Of a DNA stretch of 64,000 nt, positions 52,041-61,892 are shown piece after piece. The stretch's first letter is position 1; every line of letters starts with the position of its first letter. The notes below the pieces were generated by a model. It had not been told where the DNA came from, ran no database searches, and saw nothing but the letters and a program-made list of their open reading frames with translations. The position numbers and the translations under genes were made by a program. The DNA comes from an uncultured Acidimicrobiales bacterium (GTDB lineage Bacteria; Actinomycetota; Acidimicrobiia; Acidimicrobiales; UBA10347). The stretch is taken from positions 248,001 to 312,000 of the forward strand of contig CALSSD010000010.1 of assembly GCA_943788915.1 (NCBI GenBank), given 5' to 3'.

Positions 52041-53021
52041 TTAGTAACGGGCGAAGTTCTGGGTTACCCAGACCTGTCTGCCGTTGGTGAACACACCAAT
52101 ACCGACATGGGTGAAAGGGCCAACCATGTTTGCGTAGTGGCCGGGGCTGGCCTCGAGTGATTCCTGGGCATAGAAAATGTCGGGAGCACTGGCGATGTTC
52201 TCGCCCCATTGACGCCATCCAGCAGGGAGCATCACGTTCAGTTGGTCACCTGGACGGTGGATGAAGAAACCGCCTGCCGCCATCTGTTCCGACCAGTCTC
52301 GTGAGATGAGGGAGATGTTCGGGTCCATTGCGACTGGCCCAAGGCCAGCCGTGGCTCGGACGGCATTGATCTCGCCCAACACATAGGCCTCGAGGTCAGC
52401 AGCGCTCTGTATCGGCACCGGTGTGGGTTCCGGTGTGGGTTCGATTGTTGCTTCTGGTGTTGGTTGCTCGACGTCGAAGGTCTCGACGGTTGGCGTCGGT
52501 TCAGGTTCTGTCGTCGCTGTGGGTGCCGGGATAGCAGTGACGGTTGGTTCAGGAACCGCGGTTGCCAGGGGTTCCTGCGCTGTTGCAGTTGGCGCTTCGA
52601 CAGGCGCAGCTGGCGCATCGGCTGAGGCGGTCGCGCCTGCGGGTGACACTTCGATGGTGGGGGCCGGTTGTGGTGTGGGTTCCGGGGTTGCCGTGGGGAT
52701 CGCGGTAGGGGAGGGCAGAGCGGTTGCCGTGGGGGCGGGTGTGGGGGCTGACGTAACAGTGGCGGTCGGCATGGCCAGTGGCGCAGTGGTTGGAACTGTC
52801 GTGGGCAACGTTGGGTCGATCTGCTGGGGCAGGTTGAGGATCGACTGAGTCGATAATGATGTGGCCGAATCCTGTGATCCTGATCGGTATGCATTCGCCA
52901 GAAACAGCACGACAATCGTTGCCACGACGGTAGCAACAATCTTCAGTGTGGTTCGGTTCGTTGAGGTGGTATCGGGAGTGTCAGGCATACGTGGTGTGGG
53001 ACCGCTTATCGATTCCGTCAC
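52041..53021 (-). CDS. Membrane-anchored CAP/SCP-domain protein with Pro/Thr linker
   Basis: N-terminal TM, PT-rich stalk, INAVRATAGL, GENIA, SPGHYANM, HVGIG, VTQNF. Confidence 0.9.
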   Translation of the reverse strand: MTESISGPTPRMPDTPDTTSTNRTTLKIVATVVATIVVLFLANAYRSGSQDSATSLSTQSILNLPQQIDPTLPTTVPTTAPLAMPTATVTSAPTPAPTATALPSPTAIPTATPEPTPQPAPTIEVSPAGATASADAPAAPVEAPTATAQEPLATAVPEPTVTAIPAPTATTEPEPTPTVETFDVEQPTPEATIEPTPEPTPVPIQSAADLEAYVLGEINAVRATAGLGPVAMDPNISLISRDWSEQMAAGGFFIHRPGDQLNVMLPAGWRQWGENIASAPDIFYAQESLEASPGHYANMVGPFTHVGIGVFTNGRQVWVTQNFARY

Positions 53022-53148
53022 AGAACGGTAATACTTTCGCGCCCCAAATGGAACGCGCCCTCCAGATTGTGACGAACGGCCAAGTGTCGTTCCTGTTTGT
53101 CAGCGCTCAACTCTGGAAGGTCGCTATCAGTCGCGGTACGGTGCTGGA

Positions 53149-53349
53149 GTGAATGCTGGTACCGATTTTGACAAGCTGCCTGGGGCTGGCGACGACGGCT
53201 TCAACCGGCCCAGGGTCACGCCCGTGCCAGCACCGCCTGATGACCAACTGATTCGGCTGGCCAAGGTAGCAGGCATCATCGGCGGCATCGCCACGCTGGT
53301 CATCGCCCGCTGGTTTCATAAACACCTCCGAATCACCTGGCGTAGCTGA
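53149..53349 (+). CDS. Small single-pass membrane protein
   Basis: 66 aa with one hydrophobic helix (VAGIIGGIATLVIA) followed by basic tail; fills the gap between two genes. Confidence 0.55.
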   Translation: MNAGTDFDKLPGAGDDGFNRPRVTPVPAPPDDQLIRLAKVAGIIGGIATLVIARWFHKHLRITWRS

Positions 53350-53378
53350 CCACCAGCATTTCCCGGCGAGGACGTCTT

Positions 53379-54281
53379 TCAGCCAGCTTCGGCATAGATG
53401 ACTGCGAGACCAGGGGCATCGGCTCGGACCGATCCGGCTTCGTTTCGTGCGATGACTTCTTTCTGACCGTCGGGACATTCAGACAGGAACGGGCACCATG
53501 CGCACAGCGGGCCTGTTGACGTTGCGAACTGGTTGGTCTCGCAAGCGCTTGTAAGCGACGACCATGTTGCTGACAGTTCTTGCACCGCAGCCCCGAGATT
53601 CGATGGGGTAACGCGTACGCCAAGTGTGCGCTGGCCGAGATAATGCAGCCGAGCACCGCTTGGACGCTGGCCGAAACTTGCTTCGACGGCGGCTGCGTAT
53701 AACAACACCTGCTTGAGCGGACGGTTGCGATAACGGTCCAGGGGCGCCTTGCCTGACTTGTAGTCGGTGATCACCAGCGCATCGTCGACAACATCAACCC
53801 GGTCGATGATGCCTCGAAACGGCACACCCGAGATATCGACCTCGACCTCGTGTTCGGTGGAGTGGACCTGGGTTTCGTCGGGGTTTTCGAGTACCCATAG
53901 ACCGGCGATGGCTTCCCAGGCCTTCCACCGGAACGACTTGGATTGTTCGTCGGTCAACCCGAGTGCCTGGTAATCCTTTTCTTGTTCCATCTCGTGCCAG
54001 TAGTCGCGAGCGAGCTTCTTGGCAGCGTCTTGAGAACGTTGGCCTTCGGGGAGCTGCAGCAGATGCTCGAGCACGAGGTGGGCAAACGTGCCGACAAGTG
54101 CGGGCTCACCCGGTGGATCAGGCAGACGGTCGACATAACGATGGCGCCATTTGCGAGGACACTGCTGGTACAGATTGGCGCTGCTGGGCGAAAGATGGCG
54201 GGGTTTGTAGTCGCTGCCCAATCTCAGATGTTCGTCCGCGACGGTCAGGTCGCGTACGGGGGGTTCGGGGGCGAATTCCAT
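53379..54281 (-). CDS. RecB-family PD-(D/E)XK nuclease with four Cys (Cas4/AddB-like Fe-S staple)
   Basis: LSPSS..YQQCP, GTFAH, GIIDRVD, ITDYKSG, QVLLYA, CAWCPFLSEC. Confidence 0.92.
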   Translation of the reverse strand: MEFAPEPPVRDLTVADEHLRLGSDYKPRHLSPSSANLYQQCPRKWRHRYVDRLPDPPGEPALVGTFAHLVLEHLLQLPEGQRSQDAAKKLARDYWHEMEQEKDYQALGLTDEQSKSFRWKAWEAIAGLWVLENPDETQVHSTEHEVEVDISGVPFRGIIDRVDVVDDALVITDYKSGKAPLDRYRNRPLKQVLLYAAAVEASFGQRPSGARLHYLGQRTLGVRVTPSNLGAAVQELSATWSSLTSACETNQFATSTGPLCAWCPFLSECPDGQKEVIARNEAGSVRADAPGLAVIYAEAG

Positions 54282-54358
54282 ACCTGTAGTTCTACCACCA
54301 TGGTGTGACAGCCACGGAGTGACAGCGAGAACGCTCATCCGGTTGTACCGTTACTGCC

Positions 54359-54795
54359 ATGATCGCAGCATTCCAGGGCACGCCCTACAACATCTTGTAT
54401 CTCGTGCACATGAGTAGCGTCGTGCTGGGTGTCGGCATGGCGTTTATTGCTCCGATCATGGCCGTTCGGGCCCGCCGCTCTGCAGGCCAAGCGCTCGAAG
54501 AGGTCGTGAACGAAACTGCATCGAATCATCATGTTCCCGATGTTCCTTGTCGCTGGCATTGCTGGTGGGGCACTGGTTGGCCTGAGCGACGACGTGTACG
54601 ACTTCCAACAAAGCTGGCTCAGTGTCGGTGGCGCTGTCTGGATGCTCGTGCTTGTGCTGACCGCAGCCGTGTACCCGCCGAGCTGGCTCCGGCTGTTCAC
54701 CGTCGGCGAGAACCGCAAGCAGATGCTTGGCGGCATCCTGCACCTTTCACTGGCCGTCGATGCTGGTGCTCATGACCTGGAAGTTCGGCGTCTGA
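54359..54795 (+). CDS. Small integral membrane protein (DUF2269-like), two +1 frameshifts (~54525, ~54759)
   Basis: YNILYLVH..VGMAF / MFPMFLVAGIAGGALVGLSDDVYDFQQSWLS..GILHLSLAV / MLVLMTWKFGV*. Confidence 0.7.
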
Positions 54796-54821
54796 TCCAG
54801 GACAGCCCAGCCGGCTGAACG

Positions 54822-56858
54822 TCAAACGTCGAGCGCTTCGCGGTCGAAGAGTGCGGTTTCTTTGATGATGTAGTCGCGCCGGACTTCGACATTGGAGCCC
54901 ATGAGCACGTCGAACATCTTGGCTGCGTCCTTGGCCTGCTCGGCATCGTGCATGGTCAGGCGTTTGAGGATGCGGGTTTCGGGATCGAGAGCAGCGGACG
55001 CTAACTCATCAACGTTCATCTCACCGAGCCCCTTGAAACGTTGCCACCGGATGTTCTCGGCCTTGCGGTTGCCCTTGGACAGCTCAGCGGTGATCGATTC
55101 CTTCTCCTCGTCGGAGAATGCTCGATAGTTTTCGCCGTTGACCTTGGTGGTGAACAGCGGCGGTTGGGCAGCGTAGATGCGGCCTGCTTCAAGCATGGGA
55201 CGCATGTACTTGTGCATGAGCGTGAGCAGCAGGCAACGGATATGGCTGCCGTCGACGTCGGCATCGCACAGGATCACGATGCGGCCATAACGGGCTGAGT
55301 CGAGATCGAACGCTTCGCCGCTGCCGGCTCCGACTGCGGTGAAGAGTGCCTGGGCTTCGCTGTTGTCGAGCACCTGTTTGACGGTGGCCTTGGCCGCATT
55401 CACGACCTTGCCTCGCAACGGAAGGATGGCCATGGTGGCGCTATCTCGGCCGGCCATGGCAGGACCAGCAGCCGAGTCGCCCTCGACCACCAGTAGTTCG
55501 CTATTGATGCCGTGTTGGCGGCAGTCGGCGAGTTTTGCAGGCATACCAGACGAACCCAAACTGGCGGCCTTACGTTTGTTTTCGAGGGTCTGGCGAGACG
55601 CCATCCGGTTTAGGATCGCGGTGGCGACCTTGTCGCGCAGCGCATTGACATGGGACTTGGGGCCTTCGCCTTCGAACCAGGCAGTTAGCTGGGTCTTGAC
55701 GACCTCATACACGATGCTCTGGATGGCAGGTGTTCCCAACTCGCGTTTGGTCTGGCCCCTGAACTGAGGCTCGGGGAAGGTGACCTTGATGGCGGCGACC
55801 AAACCTTCGTGCACGTCGTCCTTGACTGCCCGGTCCTTGTCTTGTTTGGCGAGTTTGGCCAGCTTCTTGGTGCCAGGCAGGAGCTTGTCGTTGATGGCCC
55901 GGGTCAACGCTCGCTCGAAGCCATTGAGATGGGTGCCGCCGTCGGGAGTGGGCACGGTGTTGACGAACGACGATACCGAGGTGTCGTAACCAGCGACCCA
56001 GCGCATCGCTATATCGACGGTGCACTCGCGTTCGACCGTGGTCATCTTGCCGTTGACCGGCACCTTTTCTTCGAAGGTTTCTATGCCATTGAAGGTGATG
56101 ACCTTGGTGACGGAATCGCCCTTGCTTTCGTATTCGACGAGATCCTTGAGACCACCGCGGGACAGGAACTCATCTTCTTGTTGTTGGCCGGTACGTTTGT
56201 CGACAAGCTTGATCTTGAGGCCAGGTACAAGGAATGTGGCTCGAGCAACGCGATCTCGCACGATCTCGTAGTCGATCATGGCGTCGGGGTCGAAGATGTC
56301 CCAGTCGGGCCAGAAACGAAGCCGGCTACCGGTCTTGGTCTTAGAAATCTTCTTGAGCTTCTCGAGGTCATGGCCTCGTTTGAACCGGCCGCCGTTGAAA
56401 TGGCCAGCCTTCTGGTCTTTGAAGTCGAGTTTCCAGGTGTAACCGTCGCGATCGACTTCGGCCGTCATGCGAGAGCTCAGTGCATTTACCACCGAGGCGC
56501 CTACACCGTGCAGGCCGCCGGACGCTCCATAGGCACCGCCACCGAACTTGCCGCCTGCGTGGAGTTCGGTCAGCACTACTTCGAGTGCAGACACCTTGTG
56601 TTTGGGGTGCTTGCCAATAGGAATGCCGCGCCCGTTATCGATGACCTCGATCGACTTGTCACGATGGAATATGACCTCGATCTTGTTCGCGAAGCCGCCA
56701 GCGGCTTCGTCGACACCGTTGTCGATGAGTTCCCACACCAGGTGGACGAGGCCCTGGCTTCCGGTGCCGCCGATGTACATGCCCGGCCGTTTGCGGACGG
56801 CCTCGAGGCCTTCGAGCGTCTGAATTGCTGCTGCGTCGTATGTGGAGTTCGAAGCCAT
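54822..56858 (-). CDS. parE: Type IIA topoisomerase subunit B (probably topoisomerase IV)
   Basis: LEGLEAVRKRPGMYIG, DNGRGIP, GGLHGVGASVVNALS, VEGDSA, PLRGK, DADVDG, RFKGLGEM. Confidence 0.8.
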   Translation of the reverse strand: MASNSTYDAAAIQTLEGLEAVRKRPGMYIGGTGSQGLVHLVWELIDNGVDEAAGGFANKIEVIFHRDKSIEVIDNGRGIPIGKHPKHKVSALEVVLTELHAGGKFGGGAYGASGGLHGVGASVVNALSSRMTAEVDRDGYTWKLDFKDQKAGHFNGGRFKRGHDLEKLKKISKTKTGSRLRFWPDWDIFDPDAMIDYEIVRDRVARATFLVPGLKIKLVDKRTGQQQEDEFLSRGGLKDLVEYESKGDSVTKVITFNGIETFEEKVPVNGKMTTVERECTVDIAMRWVAGYDTSVSSFVNTVPTPDGGTHLNGFERALTRAINDKLLPGTKKLAKLAKQDKDRAVKDDVHEGLVAAIKVTFPEPQFRGQTKRELGTPAIQSIVYEVVKTQLTAWFEGEGPKSHVNALRDKVATAILNRMASRQTLENKRKAASLGSSGMPAKLADCRQHGINSELLVVEGDSAAGPAMAGRDSATMAILPLRGKVVNAAKATVKQVLDNSEAQALFTAVGAGSGEAFDLDSARYGRIVILCDADVDGSHIRCLLLTLMHKYMRPMLEAGRIYAAQPPLFTTKVNGENYRAFSDEEKESITAELSKGNRKAENIRWQRFKGLGEMNVDELASAALDPETRILKRLTMHDAEQAKDAAKMFDVLMGSNVEVRRDYIIKETALFDREALDV

Positions 56859-56924
56859 GGTGGTGGGTGCTTTCGGTGAGGACTCGGGCTGCGGGCGGGC
56901 TGTGTGCGGGGCCGGGGATTCGGG

Positions 56925-59360
56925 CTACCAGCGCACAGGGGCGATGGTCAGGATCTGGCGTTCAGTACCGGAACTGACGAGGTCACGTTTGGTGGGCTCG
57001 ATGCCGAAGGCGACAGGTATCGGATCCAGCTTGGAGGCGTCTTCGTCGGTCGACATCAGTACCCACAGGTCCTCGGTCGAACCAACGATCGCGGTACGCA
57101 AACGTTCTCCCGCGCGCAACTTGGTTAAACGCACACCGCCACCGCCGCGACCCTTGGCCGGCAACTCATCGTACGGCGTGGCTTTGGCTTCGGCATTGGT
57201 GGTGACCGAGACCACGGCGCCATCCCAGATCTCAGGATCGACGGGCCCGGCCGCGATAATCTTGGCGCCATCTTTAAGCTTCATGCCTGCGACACCCCCT
57301 GCAGCACGACCTTGCACACTGATGCCATCAGCGGCGGTGCGTAACACGTTGGCTTGGTCAGTCACCATGGCGATATCGATGCCGTCGCGGCACAGGAATG
57401 CTGCTGCGAGCTGATCACCCTCTTTAAGGCGCATGACTGTGCTGCCGGAACGTGTGCCTTCGAGTTCTTCTGCAGTAATGCGTTTGGCGATACCGTTCTG
57501 GCTGACCAACACCATATGGCCACCAAACGGCCCTGAGCTGATCGTCAACACCGATTCGCCACTGTTGGTGCCGAACAGCTGGCTAGCGGCGACCCCACGG
57601 GTCCTGCCGGCTACCTCGCCGACGTCGTGGGATAATGCCGACAACGCTCGGCCCTCGGATGTAATTGCCCACACCGGGGCGGTGGTCGTTGTCTCGAGGT
57701 TGGCGATAACCAAATCGTGGCGGCCAGGAGTGGCCCTCTTGCCGCCATCAAGTGATTCCCGGCCGATCTGGCCCGACGATGACAAGGTGATCACGCAACC
57801 CTCGTCGACGATCTCGGTGGATGCCGCTGGTGCAAGGTCAGCTGGTGAAAACGTCTGGATCTCGTTCACGGAAACGATCTCGGTTCGCCGGTCGCGCCCA
57901 TGACTCTCAACCAGCTCCATAAGTTCCGCCAGGACAAGTTTGCGCTGCCGCGTTTCGCTGGCAAGTAGCTTTTCGTAGTCGTCGATCGTGGAAACGAGCG
58001 TGTCACGTTCGTCGATGAGTTTCTGCTTCTCAAGCCCGACCAGACGGCGGAACTGCATATCGAGGATGTGGGTGGCCTGAATCTCGCTCAAGTCGAGTTG
58101 TGCTACGAGTTCGGCCCGGGCTTCGGGCACCGTCTCTGACCCTCGGATGATGGCGATGACCTGGTCGATGTTGTCGAGTGCAATCAGGAGGCCAAGGACG
58201 ATATGTAACCGGTCCTGGGCCCGGACAAGTCGATACTCGGTGCGCTTCTGAATGATGTCGAGACGGTGGGTGACGTAGTGCTGGCACAGGTCATAGAGCG
58301 GCAGCGTGGTGGGTACCCCGTCGACCAGCGCAACATTGTTGATCGTGAACGTGTCCTCGAGCGGGGTCATGCGATAGAGCTGGGCCAGCACAGCCTGGGG
58401 GTTGACGCCGATCTCGCAGTCGATCTGCAATCGCAGTCCTGAATGGCGGTCACTGAAGTTGGTGATGCGATCGACGCCCTTGATCTTGTCGTCGCGCAGC
58501 AGCGCATTGACTTTTTCGACGATCTTCTCGGGCCCAACCAGATACGGCAGTTCGGTGACGATGATGCCCTGGCGTTTTGGTGTGAGTTGCTCGATGTGGG
58601 CACGGGACCGAAGCGTGACGGACCCCCGTCCGGTGGCGTACATGTCGGCCAAACCGTTGTCGACGATGATGCCACCCGACGGGAAATCAGGGCCCTTCAC
58701 ATGCTCCATGAGCTCTTCGACGGTTGGTTTGGGGCGACGTTTGGTGAGCACAAGCTCAATGGCGTTCGCTATCTCGGCCAGATTGTGTGGCGCCATCGAC
58801 GTGGCCATACCCACGGCAATACCACTAGTGCCATTCACCAGCAGATTCGGCAGCAAACCAGGAAGGCACTCAGGCTCGGTGGAGTCGCCGTCGTAGGTCG
58901 GCGTGAACTCGACGGTTTCTTCGTCGAGTTCACCCAGCATGGACATTGCGGCCGGGGTGAGTCGACATTCGGTGTACCTGTACGCGGCCGGAGGCTGGTC
59001 AAGGCTGCCGAAGTTTCCTTGCGGGTCGACCAAGGTGACATTGCGGGAAAAATCCTGCCCCATACGGACCAGGGCGTCGTAGATAGCGCCGTCGCCGTGG
59101 GGGTGGAACTTACCGATCGTGTCGCCGACGACTCGGGCGCATTTACGATGTGGTCCTTCGGGGCGGATTCCCATGTTCAACATGGAGTACAAGATGCGGC
59201 GTTGCACTGGTTTTAGGCCGTCGCGGACATCAGGAATAGCGCGGCTCGTGATGACAGAGAGTGAGTACGCGAGGAAGGATTCCGACATCTCGTCGGCGAC
59301 GGAGACATCGATCACTTCGCGCGCAAAGTCAGCTGGCATTGGCAGCTCGTCCTGGGGCAT
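56925..59360 (-). CDS. parC: Type IIA topoisomerase subunit A (probably topoisomerase IV)
   Basis: RAIPDVRDGLKPVQRR, HPHGD, AAYRYTE catalytic Tyr, NGTSGIAVG; no canonical GyrA-box at start of CTD. Confidence 0.8.
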   Translation of the reverse strand: MPQDELPMPADFAREVIDVSVADEMSESFLAYSLSVITSRAIPDVRDGLKPVQRRILYSMLNMGIRPEGPHRKCARVVGDTIGKFHPHGDGAIYDALVRMGQDFSRNVTLVDPQGNFGSLDQPPAAYRYTECRLTPAAMSMLGELDEETVEFTPTYDGDSTEPECLPGLLPNLLVNGTSGIAVGMATSMAPHNLAEIANAIELVLTKRRPKPTVEELMEHVKGPDFPSGGIIVDNGLADMYATGRGSVTLRSRAHIEQLTPKRQGIIVTELPYLVGPEKIVEKVNALLRDDKIKGVDRITNFSDRHSGLRLQIDCEIGVNPQAVLAQLYRMTPLEDTFTINNVALVDGVPTTLPLYDLCQHYVTHRLDIIQKRTEYRLVRAQDRLHIVLGLLIALDNIDQVIAIIRGSETVPEARAELVAQLDLSEIQATHILDMQFRRLVGLEKQKLIDERDTLVSTIDDYEKLLASETRQRKLVLAELMELVESHGRDRRTEIVSVNEIQTFSPADLAPAASTEIVDEGCVITLSSSGQIGRESLDGGKRATPGRHDLVIANLETTTTAPVWAITSEGRALSALSHDVGEVAGRTRGVAASQLFGTNSGESVLTISSGPFGGHMVLVSQNGIAKRITAEELEGTRSGSTVMRLKEGDQLAAAFLCRDGIDIAMVTDQANVLRTAADGISVQGRAAGGVAGMKLKDGAKIIAAGPVDPEIWDGAVVSVTTNAEAKATPYDELPAKGRGGGGVRLTKLRAGERLRTAIVGSTEDLWVLMSTDEDASKLDPIPVAFGIEPTKRDLVSSGTERQILTIAPVRW

Positions 59361-59725
59361 TAAACGAGTATGACACTGCCCTAAGACAGCCTGGTGGAGC
59401 GTCGCCATTTCTTCATCGTCGGACCCGCTTTTGTAGAACATCCTCGGAGGCAGCCTCGATGGTCACCTCACACCCTGGTTGGGCAGGTAGAGCTGCTGGC
59501 CCATCGGGTAGCAGGAAACATCAGGGTTGAAGCCCTGGGTCCCCCAATGTGGGCAGTGGCGGAGTTGCCCGGTCGGCTGAAGGCGTCGTGGCTGAGGCTT
59601 TGCGCCACCCAATCACGGCTAGGGGAAGCGTCGGGCTTGCCGTGGAATGCGGCGTTCGCTCGTTACTTGCTGAACCCTGTTAGCGCTCCGCCCGGCTGCG
59701 GTCTCGGAAAGCTCTGATGGTTTCG

Positions 59726-60568
59726 CTACTGCGGCGGGAACGTGAAACCGAAACACTTGGTGGTGCAGAGCGAGCCTGAGCCAGCTCCCAGGCTGCTAAT
59801 GCTGAGTTTGGCGTCGGTCGTCGTGACATCGTCGGTGTCGATTGGAGCATCGAGCGTGAAAGCACCGTCGAGTGTTGCTTCGACCTGGGGGTTTGTGGGT
59901 GCCCAGGTGAGCGGCCCCGACATGTTCAACAGGATATGTGTGCCGTCGATATAGGTGATATCGAGCACCCCTTGGAACGCTCCGCTGCCGTCCTGAGCAA
60001 AACTCACCGTGATGACGTTCTGAGACACGATTGCACCGTCGTTCTCATCACCTTTGGTGAAGAACGTGCCCTGGACGGTGCCTGAGGTCGTTGGCAACGA
60101 TGGCGAGAGGGACGTGGATGTTGATGTACCGCCGTTGTCAGCCGACGTGTCGGGAACCAGTGTTGGTGCAACTGCAGCAGCGACTTCAGCGGTAGGTGTT
60201 GGTTCAAGCGTGGGGACAACGATGATCTCGCCCTCGGGGACGGTTCGTTGGTCGATGGCGTCGGTCTGGCTGTCGTCGGACATTTGCGGCGAGTCGTCGC
60301 CGAGATCATCGATGGGATCGCCGAGTTCGTCGAGCTCGACAGTCGTGCCATTGTCGTTGGCGTTGTCGCCGTCGGCGGCTGGAAAGCCGAACGTGTCTGC
60401 AGGTACGGCAAGGACCGGTGATTCACCAGCGGGGCTGATCACGATGATGGAGACGTCGGGCTTCTCGCTCAGGCCAATAACCGCAGCGATCGCGGTGACG
60501 ACAACAGCGAGCGCGAGCAGGATCGCGATCGATGACTTGGTGTTGTCAGGCGTGTAGTCGGTCTTCAT
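59726..60568 (-). CDS. Membrane-anchored extracellular hypothetical protein
   Basis: N-terminal TM, acidic/PT linker, beta-rich C-terminal domain ending CTTKCFGFTF. Confidence 0.75.
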   Translation of the reverse strand: MKTDYTPDNTKSSIAILLALAVVVTAIAAVIGLSEKPDVSIIVISPAGESPVLAVPADTFGFPAADGDNANDNGTTVELDELGDPIDDLGDDSPQMSDDSQTDAIDQRTVPEGEIIVVPTLEPTPTAEVAAAVAPTLVPDTSADNGGTSTSTSLSPSLPTTSGTVQGTFFTKGDENDGAIVSQNVITVSFAQDGSGAFQGVLDITYIDGTHILLNMSGPLTWAPTNPQVEATLDGAFTLDAPIDTDDVTTTDAKLSISSLGAGSGSLCTTKCFGFTFPPQ

Positions 60569-60680
60569 CGGGGACTAGTTCTAGCTGGTAGCGAGGGCAA
60601 TTGAACGGTTTGTGCGCAGGGTTCTGCTGTTTGTGACCCCTGCATGCATGGGTGAGCATCGCAGATCTTCACCCGTTCGT

Positions 60681-61892
60681 TCAGTCGCCGTGCAAAACAA
60701 TGATCTCGGCAGTGTCGCCCGGAGCGAGGCCGTTGCCATCGGGCAACGCTGCGAGCGCGTCAGCGCCCGCCATCGCTGACAGTTGATGTGAGCCCTGCCC
60801 GCCAGCAGATTTGATCAGTGGTGTGCCGTCGACCCACCGCAGATTGACGCGGGCAAAATGGGTTTTGCCATCCGGGCGACGGGACAGCGACTCCTCGGCC
60901 GTAGCTCGAATGCGGGGCCGGTGAAGAGCATCGCCGGTCAACCCCAGCAACTTGCGCAGACCCGGTCGTGCCAGGAGTTCATACGAAACCATCGACGACA
61001 CCGGGTTACCGGGAAGCCCAAACACCGGGGTGCCATCGAGCGTGCCAAAGGCCATTGGCTTCGCTGGTTTGATAGCGATCTGCATCCACCGCATGTCAGC
61101 GATGCGGCTGAGCACAAGCTTCACGTAGTCGAAGTCGCCCATGCTGACGCCACCACTGGTGATGATGGCGTCACACTGTTCGGCGCCGCTGCGTAGCGCT
61201 GCTTCTACCGCGTCTTCGTCGTCGCGAATGAGGCCGAGGTCCACTGCGGTACAACCGCTCTGGGTGACCATCGACAGCAGCGTGCGCCGGTTCGAATCGC
61301 GAATCTGGCCGGGTGCAAGAGGTTGAGGCCCTTCGACAAGTTCATCGCCAGTCGAGATCACGCCGACAAGCGGACGGCGGTGTGTAGCGATCGACTCGAT
61401 ACCCAGGGTGGCCAACACGCCGAGGTGGCCAGGCTGCAACAAGGTGCCACTGTCAAAAACTTGCTGACCCGGTTGCATGTCTTCGCCAGCTCGACGCACG
61501 GCCGCGCCGGCTTCGACTCCGGTGTGGATGGTCACGACGGTGGCGTCGTCGTTGGTGGTGGTCTCCTCGACCATCACGATGGCGTCGGCGCCCTCGGGTA
61601 AGGGGGCGCCGGTCATGATGCGGATCGCGGTGCCCGGCGTGATCGGTGTAGACGGAGCTTCGCCGGCAGCGATTGCTCCAACGACCTGCAGGTTGACCGG
61701 CGCTGCTGCGGTGTCAGCGGCCATGACCGCGTAACCATCGACCGCGGTGTTGTTGAACGGCGGCACAAATTCGTTGCAGTTGATTGGCTCACCGGTAACG
61801 AGACCCAGTGCGTTGGTGGCAGTCGTGGTGGTTGTGTCCAACGGTGAACAACCAGCAAGCACGTATGCCTGTGCCTCATGTAACGGAATCAT
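60681..61892 (-). CDS. moeA: Molybdopterin molybdotransferase
   Basis: PPFNNTAVDGYA, IMTGAPLP, STGDEL, TSGGVSMGDFD, IKPAKP, GLPGNPVS. Confidence 0.97.
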   Translation of the reverse strand: MIPLHEAQAYVLAGCSPLDTTTTTATNALGLVTGEPINCNEFVPPFNNTAVDGYAVMAADTAAAPVNLQVVGAIAAGEAPSTPITPGTAIRIMTGAPLPEGADAIVMVEETTTNDDATVVTIHTGVEAGAAVRRAGEDMQPGQQVFDSGTLLQPGHLGVLATLGIESIATHRRPLVGVISTGDELVEGPQPLAPGQIRDSNRRTLLSMVTQSGCTAVDLGLIRDDEDAVEAALRSGAEQCDAIITSGGVSMGDFDYVKLVLSRIADMRWMQIAIKPAKPMAFGTLDGTPVFGLPGNPVSSMVSYELLARPGLRKLLGLTGDALHRPRIRATAEESLSRRPDGKTHFARVNLRWVDGTPLIKSAGGQGSHQLSAMAGADALAALPDGNGLAPGDTAEIIVLHGD

